A stretch of DNA of 64,000 nucleotides, from NCBI GenBank assembly GCA_001938485.1, contig MQRK01218788.1, positions 1 through 64,000 on the forward strand, given 5' to 3'. Origin of the DNA: Girardia tigrina (lineage: Eukaryota). The notes under the pieces are model-generated. The model had not been told where the DNA came from. It ran no database searches and worked only from the letters and a program-made list of their open reading frames with translations. Below, piece after piece: positions 59,924 to 64,000 of this stretch (position 1 is its first letter; each line of letters begins with the position of its first letter). Both the position numbers and the translations under genes were made by a program.

Positions 59924-62300
59924 ACGGTGATAGCATATGGTTCAAAATCCATGATGAAATACGAAATTGGATTTTTTATCACCAGAAAAGAAATGTTAGC
60001 AATCTTTTATTTCACCCAACAATTCAATTTTCTGTATGGTGCACGGTTTCGATTGCGGACAGATCATAAAGCAATAGCTTTCATAATGACGATAAAAAAT
60101 CCGATTTCCCCTCAGTTCCAAAACGGGATGAATCACCTGAGCAGTCTCATAATGAAATTGGAGTATAGAAAAGGAAAGCTACATCAGAATGCAGAGGATT
60201 TTTCAAGAACTGAGTGTAGTATTTGCACACAATGCCTGATGCCACATGAACAAGCTAAAAAGGGTAAACAGCGAACCCGTTTGTTAGCTTTAAATCAAGA
60301 AGAATCACCGATTCCGTGGTAGCAAAACAACAAGGAAATACAGGAAATACTGGAGGAAATTAACTCACTGGACAATCCAAAATTCAGAATCGAGTCAGGA
60401 TGTGTTCGATCATTGGATGGACGAATTTGGATTCCAAAAACGATGAGAAAATGATGTATTTTATTTTTTCATAGGTTCCTATGTCATGCCGGAGTAAAGA
60501 AAACATACTCTTTTTTGAAAGAGGAACGCCATGGAAAATTTTACAAAAATGGTAGAATTGGTAGTGCGCAGTTGTAGTTCATGTCAGAAACAAAAACTTA
60601 TACAGGACCAACAAAAGAAGAGACGAATTCGCTAATATCATCTTATCCCTTTGAGGATGTTTACGTGGATTTTTGTGGATCAATGCCTGTAATAAATGGA
60701 AAGAAATATATTCTGGGAATATTTGATAGGTTTATTAGATATATAAGTTTGACTGCAGTGAACAACCAAGAAGAAATGACTGTCATAAATACGATTTTGA
60801 AACGTTGGATATTTAGATTCAGATCTCCTGCATACCTCTATGTAGATCATGGGAAGGTTTTTGAATCAAAAGCATTTATAGATTTCACAAAATCCATGTT
60901 GACTAAACTTAAGTTTTCAAGTCCATTTCATCACAGTGCAAACGGAATAATTGAACGTCAGTTTCGAACGGTACGAGATACAATAAATGCCGCATTACAA
61001 GAAAGCAGAAAGACAAATTGGGTGCAACTTTTACCAGACATTGAGTTTAGTATTAATGCGCCAAAACAAAGTACAATAGGATTCAGTCTTACGGAAGTGA
61101 TTTTAGGGAAGCGTATAACTTTAGATGGCTTTCGTCAATATGATTTAGATAATAAAAAAGTCATCAAATGTGTAAGAAAAATAGAAAAAGATAAATTGTC
61201 GGATGAAAAACAAAAGAGAATATTCATGAAGGGGATACCGCGCTTGTTAATATAGAAAATAGACAAAAGGGTACAGATCGATATGAAGAACCATACAAAA
61301 TTACTCGAAAAAAACATGACCGTAGTGTTGAGTTGATAAACAAATCAGGTCGAGTTATATGCAGGAATATAGAATGGTTGAAACCTTTTAAAGAGGGAGA
61401 GATGTGAGGATAATAAGATATATATATATATATATACGTGTTGGGTATTAGAAATATTTAATATAATTATTTACTTTTTAAAACACAAATCTGAAATCTT
61501 TAATCTGAAATTTTTAATCTGACTCCAATTAATCAGAAGGACTTCCAACATAAATATATAGACAATGAACACAAATTCTTTTATGAAACTTTATTTCAAA
61601 TAACAAAAATTAACAAGTCAAAATAATAATAATTCAATTCTTGATGACAGAATACAAACACAAATCAATATTTCGTACTAGTTAACAGATTATAGCAAAA
61701 ACTGAATCTTTAAAACGAACGAATGGTTAAATTTAAATTAAACCTTTTTCTCCCATACGGGATATTTATGGTTTAAAGAGGATAATATTTTAAAAAGAAT
61801 AATAAATAACAAAAATAATTCTATGAGTTTACTTGCATCCTTTTGTTTTTTGATGAGAAAATTTTTTGGGCAAACTAAACTAAATTTGCTGCTGTTTATA
61901 TAGTAATTTTCATCAGCCTTGAAAATTGATACAATAAAACAAAGACTAAAATATTTTTAATTTTTGATTCCAAATTTTGCTAAACTAAATATTATTTTGT
62001 TTGAAATTAATAATTTTACCAAAAGAATTATTTTAAATTTTTCCTACATAAAATTTTATCAAAAGTGTTCATATGTATATTTCGGAACCCTAACATAAGT
62101 ATTTATAATAAAATATTTCTATTTATAATTATAATCTATTAATGGATCCAAAGTATTCTTAATAAACATCTCCTAAGTTTGAAAATTTGTAACAGATTCA
62201 AATTATTGTGTAATTTTTTATTTTAAATAAATGTTGGAAAATTCTTATAATTGTTATTTCATTTATTAAAATTTAAATTTTATATATTTTTATGTTAACA
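59924..62300 (+). mobile_element. 5'-truncated Ty3/gypsy element (RNase H, integrase, 3' LTR), related to 4164-9428
   Basis: VIAYGSK...RTDHKA; YVDFCG; NGIIERQFRT; PPT AAAGAGGGAGAGA, then TGTGAGG at 61403; LTR interrupted by a solo LTR; right boundary approximate. Confidence 0.9.
61439..62095 (-). mobile_element. Solo LTR (family X, copy 3) nested in the gypsy 3' LTR
   Basis: Reverse complement of 55982-56650; flanks TACG/TAAG. Confidence 0.9.
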
Positions 62301-62788
62301 TTAAAGAACATTTTCACTTCATTTTCATAATCGTTTAAAAATTCGTTTAATTTAACAACTTTTAAATTACCCTTTTTTTACATAAAATAAAATTATATTT
62401 TCAGTTATAATTGCGTTTTTGGTTCGATTAAAAACTTTTAAATTACCTTTCCATTTCGGTGAAAATATACTTTTTAAAAATAAAAGTAAGTTATATTTCT
62501 TAAAATATCGAAAATTCTATTTCGAATTGTTTTCATTTAATCCTTTTTTTAATGAAAGTTTTATTTTCATTTAGTCTTAAAGCAATTATATTTTAATTTA
62601 AAATTTATGAATTAATATCATTTTTGTTTTGTTTAAAACTTTAAAAAATAATTTTCTAGTTTATTTTTTAGTTTTCACATTAAATTTTACGTTTCATATA
62701 AAATTATAATTTACTTTATTATTATTAAACAAATTTATTGGTTTTCTGTTAAACACTAAAAATTAATTTTATATGAATTACAGTGGTG

Positions 62789-64000
62789 TGTCGCAACCCC
62801 TTTGAGTTGAAACATTTTGGTTAGCTCAAGAGCCCCCAGTGATTGTTAAGGGTCAACCACCACCCGTTATGATTTTATTTCATCTCGATTCTCCATTACT
62901 CTACTACGTGATAGGGTCGGACGCCTCTTCTTACTCGACATCTGGTTAGCAGTGCCGAGCTCGAATGACCTTCGGGTTCGGTTCAAGGCGGGATAGGCTA
63001 TGGGCCCTCCACCTAGATCAGTATCAATAGGGGTATGTGATATGTTATTTTGATGCATGTATCGCTCGTGTCTGTTCAATGTAACCGATTCATTATCTCA
63101 ACTTGCGGCACTGTTGCGTAATGTTTAACATTAGACTCGTGACACTGTTGGGTGTTGTTAGAATTGCGACAATGTTGTGTTTCTAAATCGACTAATAATA
63201 CCTACAAACAAGATTACTATGTATCATTACCATTATGTATAATTATCGGTTTCATATTAATTTATTCCCTAACAATCGATTTATATCAATTTATTACTTT
63301 ACCAACCTGTCGATTTACCGCCTTATCAATTTATCAATTAACTTCGCTAATTCTCGCAGTTTATTACTTCCTCAGCTTGCTTCGTATGGGCTAAGTCATA
63401 GCAATTCGTTTTACGCCAGATCAGGATTCTTTGTATCTGTGCCAATTTATCCTATAAGAACTCATGTCAGGTTATTAATTCGCATCAAACCATTTTTTAC
63501 ACAGATTCGTAACAAATTAACCTTAATTTCATTCATATCAAATTATATTTATAGTAATTCACTTCAAGTCATTTGTAATTTGGTATTAATTCATCTCAGA
63601 TCAAATTGCTTTTATTTTACGTCATCTTCTTGCGATCACATCGTTTCTATTTTTAAATTCTCTCAAATTGACTTTATTTTAATTCATACTGATTTGTTTT
63701 AATACGATGTTCGCCAGTTTATTAACTCAGAACTATAGTAACCTTGGATACCATAGACGCATCAACAACAGGTTCGTTAATAATGGTTATGTATGGTTAA
63801 GGGAATATCATTAAAATATCAGAAAATATATAAAATAAATTGACAAAACACTAATAGTAAAAAGAAATTTTCTTTTAATCATAGTCATATCGATTCACCA
63901 AGTCAATCATTTTATTCGTTCGGTTAGCTGCCTCTCTGGTAATCGCCGCCGGCTGCCTCTCACTCAATATCTCGGATATCGATTTATGTACACGTTATGG
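62789..64000. mobile_element. Possible start of a long LTR running out of the window
   Basis: Sharp compositional switch beginning TGTCGCAACCCC; more than 1.2 kb without a convincing ORF. Confidence 0.35.

Noticed and set aside
59719-59982. ORF with repetitive ATGPV/ETVPV peptide
   Set aside because: A by-product of the 21-bp palindromic DNA repeats and the antisense strand of gypsy pol.
55982-62095. One 6.1-kb TIR transposon carrying HSP90
   Set aside because: Each inverted repeat is a TG..CA LTR with its own flank duplication, and the right one is nested in another LTR, so they are independent insertions.
62867-63079. Possible 28S rRNA fragment or small ORF
   Set aside because: No conserved LSU motif recognised, and the ORF has no recognisable features.

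Overview
This is AT-rich, repeat-dense eukaryotic DNA from a gapped draft assembly, most likely a triclad planarian (judged from the 18S fragment, very short introns and TE content). Host genes are all on the minus strand: the first three exons of katanin p60; a complete six-exon ZYG-11/ZER1-family Cullin-2 substrate adaptor (about 762 aa, 15305-37347); and a two-exon PAN/apple + C-type lectin gene. There are also an HSP90 pseudogene chimera and several orphan exon-like islands. The rest is nested transposons: a full-length Ty3/gypsy with LTRs, TSD, PBS and PPT; a second truncated gypsy; three solo LTRs; about ten Tc1/mariner/pogo elements; hAT, piggyBac, MULE, Helentron-like HINEs and LINEs; and a foldback MITE carrying a 22-bp minisatellite beside an 18S rDNA fragment. 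The most unusual structure is at about 56.7-59.9 kb. This putative Polinton/Maverick-like (or Academ-like) terminal region carries a 21-bp-phased array of RFX X-boxes with AP-1, CCAAT and GC boxes, and encloses an HSP90 fragment fused to a second gene fragment. Family assignments come from remembered motifs, not database searches.
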